Positions 37,299-46,665 of a stretch of DNA of 64,000 nucleotides are shown here, piece by piece. Positions within the stretch are counted from its first letter, which is position 1; each line of letters starts with the position of its first letter. The DNA comes from a virus. Lineage: Duplodnaviria; Heunggongvirae; Uroviricota; Caudoviricetes. The stretch spans positions 1-64,000 of IMG/VR virus record IMGVR_UViG_3300045971_000195, one strand, 5' to 3'. The notes beneath the pieces are model-generated. The model saw only the letters and a program-made list of their open reading frames with translations. It ran no database searches and was not told the DNA's origin. Both the position numbers and the translations under genes were made by a program.

Positions 37299-37373
37299 TG
37301 GCATCCTGTGCGGGAATCGAACCCGCATTACCGACTTGAAAGGCCAGCGTTCTAACCATTAAACTAACAAGAT
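37299..37373 (-). tRNA. tRNA-Glu(TTC)
   Basis: loop CTTTCAA; T-arm GCGGG-TTCGATT-CCCGC. Confidence 0.6.
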
Positions 37374-37405
37374 ATAAATTGGTCTGTGTACTTGCCACAA
37401 TATTT

Positions 37406-37481
37406 TGGTCTCCCATGAAGGACTCGAACCTTCGATTTCCTCGTTCCAAACAAGGAGGCATAGCCGCTAGCCCAATGAGAG
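37406..37481 (-). tRNA. tRNA (anticodon read as TGG, third Pro-like; uncertain)
   Basis: loop TTTGGAA; T-arm GAAGG-TTCGAGT-CCTTC. Confidence 0.5.
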
Positions 37482-37946
37482 TTTAATTTTCCATTGTTTG
37501 ATATAATTTAACACTATATCTTCAATAATATGTTTGTACTTGCTGTGCCAGTAATGATGATGCGTTGGGCACAACGGAATAAGATTAGACGGATCATTGT
37601 TCTTTTTATTATGATCTAAGTGATGTACTACTACAATCTTATCTTCTTCGCATACTACGCATTTCTTTTTATGATACGCAAAGCAAGTTGTTTGATATCG
37701 GTCTTGTTTCCAATTCCCGTGATTTTCGCCTGTCCTAAATAATTTATTAGAACAACTATGAGAACAAGTTCCTTTACTATTTTTGAAATCCTTTATAGGA
37801 TTTCCACATACTAAACAATCCCTTTTATTAACGGGATCAAGATAGCACGAGTTTGTGTGTCGCGTTACGCTATGCGGGAATATAAGTTTCTCACAATGAA
37901 CGCATTTAATTTTAGTTGCGGTGTTTAACATTATGTATTTATACAA
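37467..37946 (-). CDS. HNH homing endonuclease (Zn-finger rich)
   Basis: 'HHLDHNKKNNDPSNLIPLCPTHH'; many CxxC; 3' end overlaps tRNA 5' end. Confidence 0.7.
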   Translation of the reverse strand: MYKYIMLNTATKIKCVHCEKLIFPHSVTRHTNSCYLDPVNKRDCLVCGNPIKDFKNSKGTCSHSCSNKLFRTGENHGNWKQDRYQTTCFAYHKKKCVVCEEDKIVVVHHLDHNKKNNDPSNLIPLCPTHHHYWHSKYKHIIEDIVLNYIKQWKIKLSLG

Positions 37947-37998
37947 ACGGTTCAGTTTGTAGTATTTTTCAAACTGAACCGTTTGTCACAGATAAAAT

Positions 37999-38069
37999 TG
38001 GTGCACCTAAGGAGAATCAAACTCCTCTACTTCTGGCTTCAAATCCAGCTAGTAATATCAATCTAGCGC
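37999..38069 (-). tRNA. tRNA-Gln(TTG)-like
   Basis: loop ATTTGAA; T-arm AGGAG-TTTGATT-CTCCT; acceptor imperfect. Confidence 0.45.
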
Positions 38070-38074
38070 ATAAA

Positions 38075-38150
38075 TGGAGCGGGTAGCCAGTATCGAACTG
38101 AGCTATTCAAGTTTGGAAGACTAGTGTGTATCCGTAAACACCTTACCCGC
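38075..38150 (-). tRNA. tRNA-Gly(TCC)-like
   Basis: acceptor GCGGGTA/TACCCGC; loop CTTCCAA. Confidence 0.55.
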
Positions 38151-38159
38151 ATTAAACTT

Positions 38160-38235
38160 TGGTGCAACCTACAGGGATCGAACCTGTTTCAATGGCTCTT
38201 CAGACCACCGCTATGACCACATCAGCTAAAGTTGC
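38160..38235 (-). tRNA. tRNA-Phe(GAA)
   Basis: anticodon arm GTGGT-CTGAAGA-GCCAT; T-arm ACAGG-TTCGATC-CCTGT. Confidence 0.6.
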
Positions 38236-38241
38236 ATATAT

Positions 38242-38316
38242 TGGGTTGAACTGGGGAATCGAACCCTCCCTAACTGTTTCACAGACAGTTGTGCATCCAT
38301 TACACTAAGAACAACA
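38242..38316 (-). tRNA. tRNA-His(GTG)-like (acceptor mismatches)
   Basis: anticodon arm ACTGT-CTGTGAA-ACAGT. Confidence 0.45.
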
Positions 38317-38321
38317 TTGAT

Positions 38322-38399
38322 TGGCTCCGCACTCAGGAATCGAACCTGATTAAACAGTGATTAACAGTCACGGCCTTGTCCATACTTGGCTTCTGCGGA
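38322..38399 (-). tRNA. tRNA-Asn(GTT)
   Basis: loop CTGTTAA; T-arm TCAGG-TTCGATT-CCTGA. Confidence 0.6.
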
Positions 38400-38407
38400 A
38401 TAAAAAT

Positions 38408-38483
38408 TGGCTGGCAAACCTGGGCTCGAACCAGGGACATTTTGATTAACAGTCAAACGCTCTACCAACTGAGCTATATGCCA
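38408..38483 (-). tRNA. tRNA-Asn(GTT), second copy
   Basis: D-arm GCTCAGTTGGTAGAGC; loop CTGTTAA; T-arm CCTGG-TTCGAGC-CCAGG. Confidence 0.65.
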
Positions 38484-38490
38484 ATATTTG

Positions 38491-38564
38491 TGGTGCCCCA
38501 TGACAGAATCGAACTGCCATTACCTGATTACAAAACAGGTGGTCTACCATTAACCTAATGGGGC
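38491..38564 (-). tRNA. tRNA with apparent 9-nt anticodon loop (TTTTGTAAT)
   Basis: perfect 5-bp stem ACCTG/CAGGT encloses 9 nt; other arms canonical. Confidence 0.45.
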
Positions 38565-38600
38565 GTAATTTTAACTTGTATAAGTAATTATACATTACTG

Positions 38601-38675
38601 TGGTAGCCTGTGCAAGATTTGAACTTGCGGCCAACGCCTTATCAAGACGCTGCTCTACCCCTGAGCTAACAGGCT
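38601..38675 (-). tRNA. tRNA-Ile(GAT)
   Basis: D-arm GCTCAGGGGTAGAGC; loop TTGATAA; T-arm GCAAG-TTCAAAT-CTTGC. Confidence 0.7.
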
Positions 38676-38683
38676 ATACACTT

Positions 38684-38757
38684 TGGTACCCAGAACAAGA
38701 ATCGAACTTGTAATTTCCGCTTATCAGGCGAATATTATAACCATTTAATTACCCGGG
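38684..38757 (-). tRNA. tRNA-Ile(GAT)-like with poorly paired acceptor
   Basis: loop CTGATAA; T-arm ACAAG-TTCGATT-CTTGT; 5' end does not pair cleanly. Confidence 0.4.
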
Positions 38758-38769
38758 CATACTAAAACT

Positions 38770-38844
38770 TGGCGATGCGTGGGAGAATCGAACTCCCGTC
38801 TACGGATAGACAATCCGCGATAATAACCATTATATGAACGCACC
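38770..38844 (-). tRNA. tRNA-Asp(GTC)
   Basis: anticodon arm GCGGA-TTGTCTA-TCCGT; T-arm GGGAG-TTCGATT-CTCCC. Confidence 0.6.
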
Positions 38845-38917
38845 TTAAAATAACAGGATAGCTTTTGTCGCTAGACAACCATAGTTAGCTTTTTGTTTGC
38901 TGTAACTATCCTAAGAC
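38845..38917 (-). repeat. composite inverted-terminus repeat element (GGATAG/CTATCC variant)
   Basis: AATAACAGGATAGC…CTGTAACTATCCTAAGAC followed by tRNA CCA. Confidence 0.55.
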
Positions 38918-38990
38918 TGGTACGGGTAGAAGGAATCGAACCTTCACTAACAGAGTCAAAGTCTGTTGTGCTACCACTACACAACACCCG
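38918..38990 (-). tRNA. tRNA-Gln(TTG)
   Basis: perfect anticodon arm ACAGA-CTTTGAC-TCTGT. Confidence 0.55.
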
Positions 38991-38999
38991 AATAAAAAT

Positions 39000-39074
39000 T
39001 GGCGCCGTAGACGAGAATCGAACTCGCCTAAATCACATCGACAGTGTGGTACTCTCCCAGAGAGTGACTACGGC
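39000..39074 (-). tRNA. tRNA-Asp(GTC)-like, second copy
   Basis: loop CTGTCGA with 4-bp stem; T-arm GCGAG-TTCGATT-CTCGT. Confidence 0.5.
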
Positions 39075-39147
39075 AAATATAACAGGATAGTTTTTACGGT
39101 TTCAATTAAAAGTTGAATGTAATTGGTTGCTGAACCTATCCTAAAAC
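39075..39147 (-). repeat. composite inverted-terminus repeat element (GGATAG/CTATCC variant)
   Basis: ATATAACAGGATAGTTTTT…TGCTGAACCTATCCTAAAAC followed by tRNA CCA. Confidence 0.55.
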
Positions 39148-39222
39148 TGGTGGAGGCCGGGGGTATCGAACCCCACTAGACATGATCATTGCAAGTGAAC
39201 ACCGCAGCCCTCTGCTGCCCCC
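39148..39222 (-). tRNA. unusual tRNA (4-nt D-loop; anticodon loop CAATGAT)
   Basis: T-arm TGGGG-TTCGATA-CCCCC; CCACCA end. Confidence 0.35.
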
Positions 39223-39227
39223 ATAAC

Positions 39228-39303
39228 TGGAATCACGTACGGGAATCGAACCCGCCTGCACAGGATGAAAGCCTGCTGACCTAACCCAGAAGTCCAACGT
39301 GAT
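39228..39303 (-). tRNA. tRNA-Glu(TTC)-like, second copy
   Basis: anticodon arm GCAGG-CTTTCAT-CCTGT. Confidence 0.5.
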
Positions 39304-39310
39304 ATAAAAC

Positions 39311-39385
39311 TGGCATACCCCCTTGGATTCGAACCAAGCCTAACGGTTTTGGAGACCGACGTGCTGCCGCTGACACTAGGGATAC
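39311..39385 (-). tRNA. tRNA-Trp(CCA)
   Basis: loop CTCCAAA; T-arm CTTGG-TTCGAAT-CCAAG. Confidence 0.65.
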
Positions 39386-39444
39386 ATAACTAATTGAAGT
39401 CCTGCTTGACATTGTAGTGCAGGTAACTGTGTCGTCTTCAAACT

Positions 39445-39534
39445 TGGTGGATGCGATAGGAGTTGAACCTATACAGTCTTATTTGTACGCGGGTGGGTTA
39501 CAGCCACTTGAGCTCACCAATGCTCGGCACATCC
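39445..39534 (-). tRNA. type II tRNA with GTA anticodon (Tyr-like)
   Basis: 90 nt; loop CTGTAAC; long variable arm. Confidence 0.55.
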
Positions 39535-39539
39535 ATATA

Positions 39540-39623
39540 TGGTGGACAGTGTTGGATTCGAACCAACGTGCAGTTACGAGCGGATTTACAGTCCGCCACC
39601 TTCGGCCTCTCGGTCAACTGTCC
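39540..39623 (-). tRNA. tRNA-Tyr(GTA)
   Basis: anticodon arm GCGGA-CTGTAAA-TCCGC; D-arm like E. coli tRNA-Tyr. Confidence 0.7.
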
Positions 39624-39884
39624 ATATAATTTAACACACTCTGTTGAATGTGTATGTTAAAGCAGACTAACTAAGCTATGCCCCGTCACTAGATTCAGAG
39701 TCTAGTCGTTCGTTAGTCTGCTTTAACATGTTTGATTTTTCGCTCCACAAGAGGAGTTTCATCCCAAACACCGCCCTTTCGTCCCATGTTTTAAGTGCAG
39801 GACCCGGTCTACGTTACCGTACTATATTACACTAAACTCACTTTACGCTTCACAGCGTTAAAACTATTGATTAATCTTTATTAC

Positions 39885-40247
39885 TTAAATACTTAAATAT
39901 CGAATTGCAGATAATAATGAGTTAACATTATCTTTTGCAAATCCTAACATTAAGTTACAATTATTGCACAATAATCCTCTAACTTTTCCTGTTGTATGAC
40001 AATGATCAACTGCTAGTCCTTTTTCAAGTTCCGACTGATGAGTATTGCAAATTACACAACATCCATTTTGTTTCGCAAACATTGCATTATATTGTTCTAA
40101 TGTTATTCCGTATTTTTTACGGTAATCAAGTTTTCTTTCATAAATTCGTTGTTTTCTCTTTTCCTCTACTATTTTACAAGTAGCGCAACGTATATGATTT
40201 TTACCTGTTTTAACGAACTCTATTCCGCAATCTTTGCATTCTTTCAT
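39885..40247 (-). CDS. HNH homing endonuclease
   Basis: 'DHCHTTGKVRGLLCNNCN' HNH core; multiple CxxC. Confidence 0.75.
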   Translation of the reverse strand: MKECKDCGIEFVKTGKNHIRCATCKIVEEKRKQRIYERKLDYRKKYGITLEQYNAMFAKQNGCCVICNTHQSELEKGLAVDHCHTTGKVRGLLCNNCNLMLGFAKDNVNSLLSAIRYLSI

Positions 40248-40261
40248 ATTAAACTCTGTTA

Positions 40262-40292
40262 AAAGAAAACCCGGAAGTTTTTAATTTCCGGG
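40262..40292 (-). terminator. rho-independent terminator (minus-strand sense)
   Basis: stem CCCGGAA/TTCCGGG with 9-nt loop; minus-strand reading is followed by TTTTCTTTT. Confidence 0.5.
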
Positions 40293-40562
40293 TTCTTAAG
40301 TTTGTTGGATACTGCTTTGTTAAGCTATACCACTTCCCTCTCGAACCCCAATTCTAATCTCACCGCGTGTCCCAATAGTTTCTGTGCTCGCATTATACGA
40401 GCTAAAGCTATTAGAGGCGCAATCATGCCACATCGGAGCCACGGGTTTTTGTAAACCCTGGACTAATGTTTGCAATGATATGAGACTATAATACATTTTA
40501 TGTTTTCCGTTTAACTTTCATTTACATACGCTACCTTATTGCAGCGTATGTGTTTATTATAC

Positions 40563-40600
40563 ATTTATTTAGCTTCGTTGTCAACCCCTGTTTGCGTTAT
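40563..40600 (-). promoter_or_regulatory. sigma70-type promoter TTGACA-N17-TATAAA (tandem copy 1)
   Basis: minus-strand reading GTTGACAACGAAGCTAAATAAATGTATAAA. Confidence 0.5.
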
Positions 40601-40742
40601 TTTGAATCTTTTTACAATTCTTTTACTGCTTACAGGAATCTCTAACTTGTATCTATTGTAGCACCATGCTACTAAGTTGTCAACTCTTTTTGTGTTGTAT
40701 TTTACCTACATCATCAAACAGTGCTATCAACTTATGTGTTTA

Positions 40743-40782
40743 TTATACATTTATTTATCCTCGGTGTCAAGCATATGTTGTA
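40743..40782 (-). promoter_or_regulatory. sigma70-type promoter TTGACA-N17-TATAAT (tandem copy 2)
   Basis: minus-strand reading CTTGACACCGAGGATAAATAAATGTATAAT; about 45 bp duplicated from copy 1. Confidence 0.55.
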
Positions 40783-40788
40783 AAATGG

Positions 40789-41724
40789 CTACAAAATAGA
40801 TCGAAAATAAGCAATTGTTTTTTCTAGCCCTTGATCTAGCGCAATTTTTGGCTCCCAATCAAGTAGTTGCTTTGCTTGTGTAATGTCCGGACGTCGTTGT
40901 TTCGGATCGTCTAGTGGTAACGGCATTTGCAGAATTTTACTATCGCTTCCGGTTAAGTTGATAACTTTTTGGGCTAGTTCGAACATTGTAAACTCACCCG
41001 GATTGCCTAAGTTGATCGGACCTGGCATCCTATCTCCGTCTAATGACATATAACGTTGCATGCCATCTAGCAAGTCGTCAACATAGCAGAAGCTTCTTGT
41101 TTGCTGCCCATCTCCGTATATTGTAATGTCTTTACCTTGTAGTGCTTGAACAATAAAATTACTTACAACACGACCGTCCTGCTTTGCCATCCTTGGACCG
41201 TATGTATTAAAGATACGGATGATTCTAACATCAACATCGTGTACACGATAATAATCCATAAACAATGTTTCGGCTGCGCGTTTCCCTTCATCATAGCAGC
41301 TACGGATGCCAATCGGATTCACATTACCCCAATATGTTTCGGGTTGTGGGTGTACTTGCGGGTCTCCGTAAACTTCGCTGGTGGACGCCTGCAAGATCTT
41401 TGCGCCAGTTCTCTTTGCAAGGCCTAACATGTTATATGCACCGATTACACTTGTTTTCATTGTTTGAATTGGATCCCATTGATAGTAGAATGGGCTTGCT
41501 GGGCAGGCAAGATTATAAATTTCATCTACTTCGACATACAACGGAATGCATATGTCTTGTCGGATAACTTCAAAATTTGGGTTACTTAGCAAATGAGCAA
41601 CATTACTTTTACTGCCTGTAAAGTAGTTATCAACGCATAAGACATGGTGGCCTTGTGCTACTAATCTATCGCATAAGTGACTTCCTAAGAAGCCTGCGCC
41701 ACCTGTTACTAGAATCTTTTTCAT
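40789..41724 (-). CDS. UDP-glucuronate decarboxylase (UDP-xylose synthase)-like SDR
   Basis: '[14 protein letters not shown]' Rossmann; 'YDEGKR' catalytic YxxxK; strong UXS-like similarity. Confidence 0.75.
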   Translation of the reverse strand: MKKILVTGGAGFLGSHLCDRLVAQGHHVLCVDNYFTGSKSNVAHLLSNPNFEVIRQDICIPLYVEVDEIYNLACPASPFYYQWDPIQTMKTSVIGAYNMLGLAKRTGAKILQASTSEVYGDPQVHPQPETYWGNVNPIGIRSCYDEGKRAAETLFMDYYRVHDVDVRIIRIFNTYGPRMAKQDGRVVSNFIVQALQGKDITIYGDGQQTRSFCYVDDLLDGMQRYMSLDGDRMPGPINLGNPGEFTMFELAQKVINLTGSDSKILQMPLPLDDPKQRRPDITQAKQLLDWEPKIALDQGLEKTIAYFRSIL

Positions 41725-41727
41725 ATG

Positions 41728-42570
41728 TTAGTTCCAAGGATAGATATCAGTTACAAAGGTAACTGCGTTTGGTACAATCTTGTCTTTGTACTTTTCTAGA
41801 TTATTTTGAACAGTTTCTGGAAAGTAGTCATCAATCTGGACATACTCAAATTTTTCAGTTCCATCAAATCCCAGCAAGCCTACTTTGTTTTCAATCATCC
41901 AATCAACATTTAGTTTATCTAAAATTGCAGGAGTATTTGTTTCTGCATGAGCAAAATTCTTAATCTTATTTGCAGCAAACTCAGTATTACCAAAGTAAGT
42001 AAAATGCCAACCTGCATGCGTAATTGCAATAATTTCAGATGTTGGTTTTTGAGTCCACGGAAATGTATATCCACGTTCAGTTTGTGGATCTGTAAATACT
42101 CGACCGCGTGTAACCATAATATTACAATGCAATTGAGAATTTACCATCAAGTAATTTAATTTAAAGTAGGACATCATAATTCCTAGCTTGTATCTATCGT
42201 AGTCGTTAGGGTCGACTTTAATCATATCAATTGCATCTGGTCGAGGAATTTCATCGCAGTCTGCAACAATAACAATGTCGTCAGGTGCTAAATCAGTTAG
42301 TCCACGTTCAATCGCTTTTCTTTGGAACATTTCGTTTTCCCAAGAATTCGCAGAGTTAGGCATATCGTCTACTAATATGTGCCGAATCTTACTTTCGTAT
42401 TTTTTAAACTTATCCCAATTGTCCTTGAGAAAATAAGGTTTGGGGTTATTTTGGTGTGTTCGATTTGCTTCCGCAATTACGAAAAAATCTACACTGTTCC
42501 AAAGCTCCTCAAGTCTGAGTTCCAAAATATCGAACTCGTTGTAAAATGTAAAACAATCAAAAACTCTCAT
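41728..42570 (-). CDS. glycosyltransferase family 17-like
   Basis: N-terminal 'RVFDCFTFYNEFDILELRLEEL…VDFFVIAEANRTHQNNPKPYF' matches the GT17 hallmark. Confidence 0.7.
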   Translation of the reverse strand: MRVFDCFTFYNEFDILELRLEELWNSVDFFVIAEANRTHQNNPKPYFLKDNWDKFKKYESKIRHILVDDMPNSANSWENEMFQRKAIERGLTDLAPDDIVIVADCDEIPRPDAIDMIKVDPNDYDRYKLGIMMSYFKLNYLMVNSQLHCNIMVTRGRVFTDPQTERGYTFPWTQKPTSEIIAITHAGWHFTYFGNTEFAANKIKNFAHAETNTPAILDKLNVDWMIENKVGLLGFDGTEKFEYVQIDDYFPETVQNNLEKYKDKIVPNAVTFVTDIYPWN

Positions 42571-42676
42571 TCTAATTCCCTGTAATATTGTATCTATTTA
42601 ATATAGCATCTCTTCGCTCAAGAGTAAATTGAGTTTGCTATATAGAATTAAATAGTGTAAACTATACACTTAATGG

Positions 42677-43477
42677 ATGCAACCGATGCGTAATTTTTCG
42701 ACGATGGGAACTTTTGGGGATACAATTTACAGTTTGTGTCTAACCAAAATGTTAGGAGGCGGGAATCTTTATGTTAAGCTAAATGCACTTGATGATTTTT
42801 GCAGAAATGTAATAGGTTGGAAAGATGCAGGCCCTGCAAAGGGAAGATACACACAAAGAGATTTCGAAATGATTGAGCCGTTGCTCAATGCTCAAGACTA
42901 TCTGCACACTGTTGCAGTTTGGAATGGCGAACCTGATTGCGAAGATTACATCGATCATTGGAAAATGCATCTTATTAAAGGTTGGCAAGGCAATCAAACA
43001 GAATGCTACGCACTAACAAAAGGCATGGATATTCATAATATTGATGTTAAAAAGAAAGTGCTTTGGGAACCGTGGCTAACTCCGGTTTCTCCAATTGTAG
43101 TTCCTGGCAAGCCAATTGTAGTAAACAGAACTGTTCGGTATCTCTATGGCGCGCCTAGCGACGAGTGGTACCAATGGATTGAAAACGGACTTGGCGAGTA
43201 TGGCATGTTTGTTGGCTCTCCGCAAGAACACGCAGATTTCGAAGAACTATTTAAGACCAAGATTCATTATCAAAAGACAAATGACTTACTTGAACTTGCG
43301 CAAGTTATTCAAGGATGCGAACAGTTTATAGGTAATCAAAGTGTAGGGCTTAGTATTGCTATTGGATTAGGTAAATCCTATAGATGCGAAGTTCGCAAAG
43401 ATTACGAATCAACACAAACACCACATGGTGGGTACGGCGACACATGGTTCCCACGCATTAACGGGTTTTACTTTTAA
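42677..43477 (+). CDS. GT9-like glycosyltransferase, paralog of 51763..52548
   Basis: 'GTFGDTIYSL…' (SxGD start) and 'GNQSVGLSIAIGLG' donor-binding-like segment. Confidence 0.5.
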   Translation: MQPMRNFSTMGTFGDTIYSLCLTKMLGGGNLYVKLNALDDFCRNVIGWKDAGPAKGRYTQRDFEMIEPLLNAQDYLHTVAVWNGEPDCEDYIDHWKMHLIKGWQGNQTECYALTKGMDIHNIDVKKKVLWEPWLTPVSPIVVPGKPIVVNRTVRYLYGAPSDEWYQWIENGLGEYGMFVGSPQEHADFEELFKTKIHYQKTNDLLELAQVIQGCEQFIGNQSVGLSIAIGLGKSYRCEVRKDYESTQTPHGGYGDTWFPRINGFYF

Positions 43478-43485
43478 AGGATACT

Positions 43486-44184
43486 ATGCATGCACTAGTT
43501 GAGCTACACGATAGCAACTATCAACCGTTGGCAGATTTAACGTGGGAACAAAATAAAGTTCCGTACGCTGAAAAACACGGATACAAAACATTTTGCCGTA
43601 TTGGCGGAATGAAACAAGGGTCAACAATCGGATATCAAAAAATTCATTTTATTCGAGAACTAATGTATGACAATCCTGATATCGAGTGGTTTTGGTGGAC
43701 AGGAACCGATGCAATGATTATGAATTTTAATACACGAATTGAGGATAAAGCACTTGATCCGTATCATTATTATGTATCTGCAGATGTAAACGGTATTAAC
43801 GCAGATAGTTTACTGTTTAGAAATACCTCCGAAGGACGATCGTTTATTGAAGAGGTAATTCGTATTGAGCCAGAAGCATCAAAATTCTGGGATTCGGAGC
43901 AACGCGCAATGGCAACAGTTATGGGACTGCCGCCCGCCACCGGAGACGACAAATGGCCGCCCGGCACAAGAATAAGCGATCAGTGGAAAGACATCTGCAA
44001 GATTATGCCGCAACGGTATATGAATGCGTTTAACTATGAACTGTATCATTACACTGATCACAGAGATAGATTAGGTCAAGATGGCAATTGGCAAGTAGGC
44101 GACTGGTTAATCCATTGGCCTGCAACTTCTCTTGAACACCGAATCCGGTTGGCAAGCTTTTACAAAGAACATATAATTAAATAA
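43486..44184 (+). CDS. GT34-like glycosyltransferase (Mnn10/Gma12 family)
   Basis: 'VPYAEKHGY' and 'IEWFWWTGTDAMI' conserved GT34 blocks. Confidence 0.65.
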   Translation: MHALVELHDSNYQPLADLTWEQNKVPYAEKHGYKTFCRIGGMKQGSTIGYQKIHFIRELMYDNPDIEWFWWTGTDAMIMNFNTRIEDKALDPYHYYVSADVNGINADSLLFRNTSEGRSFIEEVIRIEPEASKFWDSEQRAMATVMGLPPATGDDKWPPGTRISDQWKDICKIMPQRYMNAFNYELYHYTDHRDRLGQDGNWQVGDWLIHWPATSLEHRIRLASFYKEHIIK

Positions 44185-45503
44185 TGAAACATATACTAGA
44201 CCAAATTAGAACATACATTGACGAGAAACATGCAGCCAAGATTTGGACTGCTGGAAAAGACTTTGTCAATTACGCGGGCCCGCATTTTAATGCAGACGAA
44301 ATTGTTTCCGCTGCCGAGACACTACTAAACGAATGGTTAGTAATGGGAAATAAGAGCATTAGATTTGAAACACTATTTCCGAAGCAGTTCGGAAAGCAGT
44401 TCGGTGTATTAACCAACTCCGGGAGCTCTGCTAACTTGCTAATGATGGCTGCACTTACAAGTAAGCGCGGGCACAATCTACCTAAGGGCACTAAAGTATT
44501 AATGCCTATTGCAGGCTTCCCCACAACATTAAACCCTACACTGCAAGTTGGATTTACTCCTGTGTTTGTTGATATCGAAGTCGATACACTAAACATTGAC
44601 TTAGCCCACGCAGAACGTATCCTTGCCGAAAATCCAGATATTGAAGTAATCACATTTGCGCACGTTCTCGGCAATCCTCCTAATATGGATAAGGTTATGG
44701 AACTAGTTAACAAGTATGATTTAATATTGCTTGAAGACTGCTGCGATGGCCTTGGTACAACTTACGATAGCAAACCGTTAGGTTCGTTTGGTGAGTTTGC
44801 AAGTTGTAGTTTCTATCCTGCACACCACATGACAATGGGCGAAGGCGGGTTTGTTGCAGTAAACAATAAAACACAAGAAGACATCGTTCGTGCATTTCGT
44901 GAATGGGGTCGTGGATGCTATTGCGTTGGACCAGAAGCTAATAAGCTAAAGTGTGGAACTTGCAAGTGCAGATTTAGTGAATGGATTCCTGAGATGCCGG
45001 GTGTCATATTTGATCACAAATATGTGTATGACGAAATCGGTTACAATCTAAAACCTATTGAAATTCAAAGTGCAATGGGGCTTGAACAAATTAAGAAACT
45101 TCCAGAGATACATACTCTGCGTCAACGCAATTATAGTTTGCTATTTGCAATCTATGAGAAATACGAACAATTCTTCCACATCCCTCGGCCACAAGATAAG
45201 GCAGATGTTAGTTGGTTTGCATTTCCATTAACAATTCGTAAGGATGCTCCGTTTACACGAATGGAAATTGTAGATTTCTTAGAAGAAAACTTAATACAAA
45301 CTCGCCCGTACTTTGCAGGTAACATCATGTTACAACCTGCTTACAGTCACTTGATGAACCCAGCTGATGCCCGCGATAATTTTCCAGTTGCTACATTCAC
45401 TATGAAGAATACTTTCTTCCACGGATGCAGCCCTGTTATTACTCCCGAGCAAATTGCATACATGGGTGAGAAGATTGATAAATTTATGAGTTCATATCTA
45501 TGA
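44184..45503 (+). CDS. DegT/DnrJ/EryC1-type PLP-dependent sugar aminotransferase/dehydratase
   Basis: 439 aa; aminotransferase class V-like fold region 'SGSSANLLMMAAL'. Confidence 0.65.
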   Translation: MKHILDQIRTYIDEKHAAKIWTAGKDFVNYAGPHFNADEIVSAAETLLNEWLVMGNKSIRFETLFPKQFGKQFGVLTNSGSSANLLMMAALTSKRGHNLPKGTKVLMPIAGFPTTLNPTLQVGFTPVFVDIEVDTLNIDLAHAERILAENPDIEVITFAHVLGNPPNMDKVMELVNKYDLILLEDCCDGLGTTYDSKPLGSFGEFASCSFYPAHHMTMGEGGFVAVNNKTQEDIVRAFREWGRGCYCVGPEANKLKCGTCKCRFSEWIPEMPGVIFDHKYVYDEIGYNLKPIEIQSAMGLEQIKKLPEIHTLRQRNYSLLFAIYEKYEQFFHIPRPQDKADVSWFAFPLTIRKDAPFTRMEIVDFLEENLIQTRPYFAGNIMLQPAYSHLMNPADARDNFPVATFTMKNTFFHGCSPVITPEQIAYMGEKIDKFMSSYL

Positions 45504-46123
45504 TTACTGCACAAGAACTAATTGATTTTGAAACCGAGATAGGTGATCTCTTTAATTCTGCAAAGATAAAAGCCCCTATCCATTTATATGCAAATAACGA
45601 AGAAAATGTTATGCGGGTATTTGAAAAAGTTAATTCTGAAAAAGATTGGGTCTGCTGCACTTGGCGTAATCACTATCAAGCACTTCTTAAGGGTATACCT
45701 AAGGAAGTGCTTAGAGAAAAGATTTTACAAGGTAAGAGCATGGTCATGAACTTACCAGAGTATAAATTTATTTGCTCAAGTATCGTCGGTGGTATTCCAA
45801 GTATTGCTACTGGAATTGCACTTGCTGCTAAGTTAAAAGGTGGTAGCGAACATGTATGGTGTTGGACAGGTGATATGTCTGCAGAGACCGGCGCATGGAC
45901 AGAAGCATACAAGTATGCTGTTGCACAAAATTTACCAATCACATTTATAGTAGAAGATAACGAATTGAGTGTGTTGTCTCCTACTCACGAACTGTGGGGT
46001 AGTAACAAATGGTATCTTCCAGAGCAAGGAGTTAATTGGTATGAAAGTCCCAATTTAATTTATTACAAATACAAAAACGGAAAGTATCCGCATGCGGGTG
46101 CAGGTTTACGGGTACAATTCTAA
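45500..46123 (+). CDS. transketolase-like TPP enzyme, N-terminal subunit
   Basis: 'GGIPSIATGIALAAK…WCWTGDMSAETGAWTEA' TPP-binding-like; paired with downstream C-terminal subunit. Confidence 0.55.
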   Translation: MITAQELIDFETEIGDLFNSAKIKAPIHLYANNEENVMRVFEKVNSEKDWVCCTWRNHYQALLKGIPKEVLREKILQGKSMVMNLPEYKFICSSIVGGIPSIATGIALAAKLKGGSEHVWCWTGDMSAETGAWTEAYKYAVAQNLPITFIVEDNELSVLSPTHELWGSNKWYLPEQGVNWYESPNLIYYKYKNGKYPHAGAGLRVQF

Positions 46124-46665
46124 TGGCAACTACAAAAGATTATAATGATGCACTAAAGGAAGCAATGAACTGGCTTGCTGCTCAAGAGAAGACGATCATT
46201 CTCGGGCAAGCAGTTTGTTATGCAGGTACCGGATGCTATGATAGCCTAACTGAAGTTCCTGCAAATAAGAAGATGGAATTCCCTGTCGCAGAAAACTTTC
46301 AAATTGGTGTTAGCACAGGGCTTGCATTAAATGGATTTATTCCGGTGTCTGTTGTCCCAAGATGGAACTTTTTACTATGTGCTACCGATCAAATTGTTAA
46401 TCACTTAGATAAAATGAAGGCTATGAGTAGTGGAGCATGTACTCCTAATGTTATCATTCGAGTTGCTGTGGGATCAGAAAAGCCTGTTGATCCACAAGAT
46501 CAACATAAAGGCAATTTCGCCCAAGCATTTAGATTAATGTGTAAGAACATAGATATTGTAGAATTGCATTATGTTAATGATATCCTACCTGCATACAAAG
46601 CAGCGTACAATAGAACCGACGGTAAGAGCACCATCTTAGTAGAATTTCCGGACTACGGTAAATGA
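46123..46665 (+). CDS. transketolase-like, C-terminal (pyrimidine-binding) subunit
   Basis: 'EFPVAENFQIGVSTGLALNGFIPV' pyrimidine-binding-domain-like; start overlaps upstream stop. Confidence 0.55.
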   Translation: MATTKDYNDALKEAMNWLAAQEKTIILGQAVCYAGTGCYDSLTEVPANKKMEFPVAENFQIGVSTGLALNGFIPVSVVPRWNFLLCATDQIVNHLDKMKAMSSGACTPNVIIRVAVGSEKPVDPQDQHKGNFAQAFRLMCKNIDIVELHYVNDILPAYKAAYNRTDGKSTILVEFPDYGK

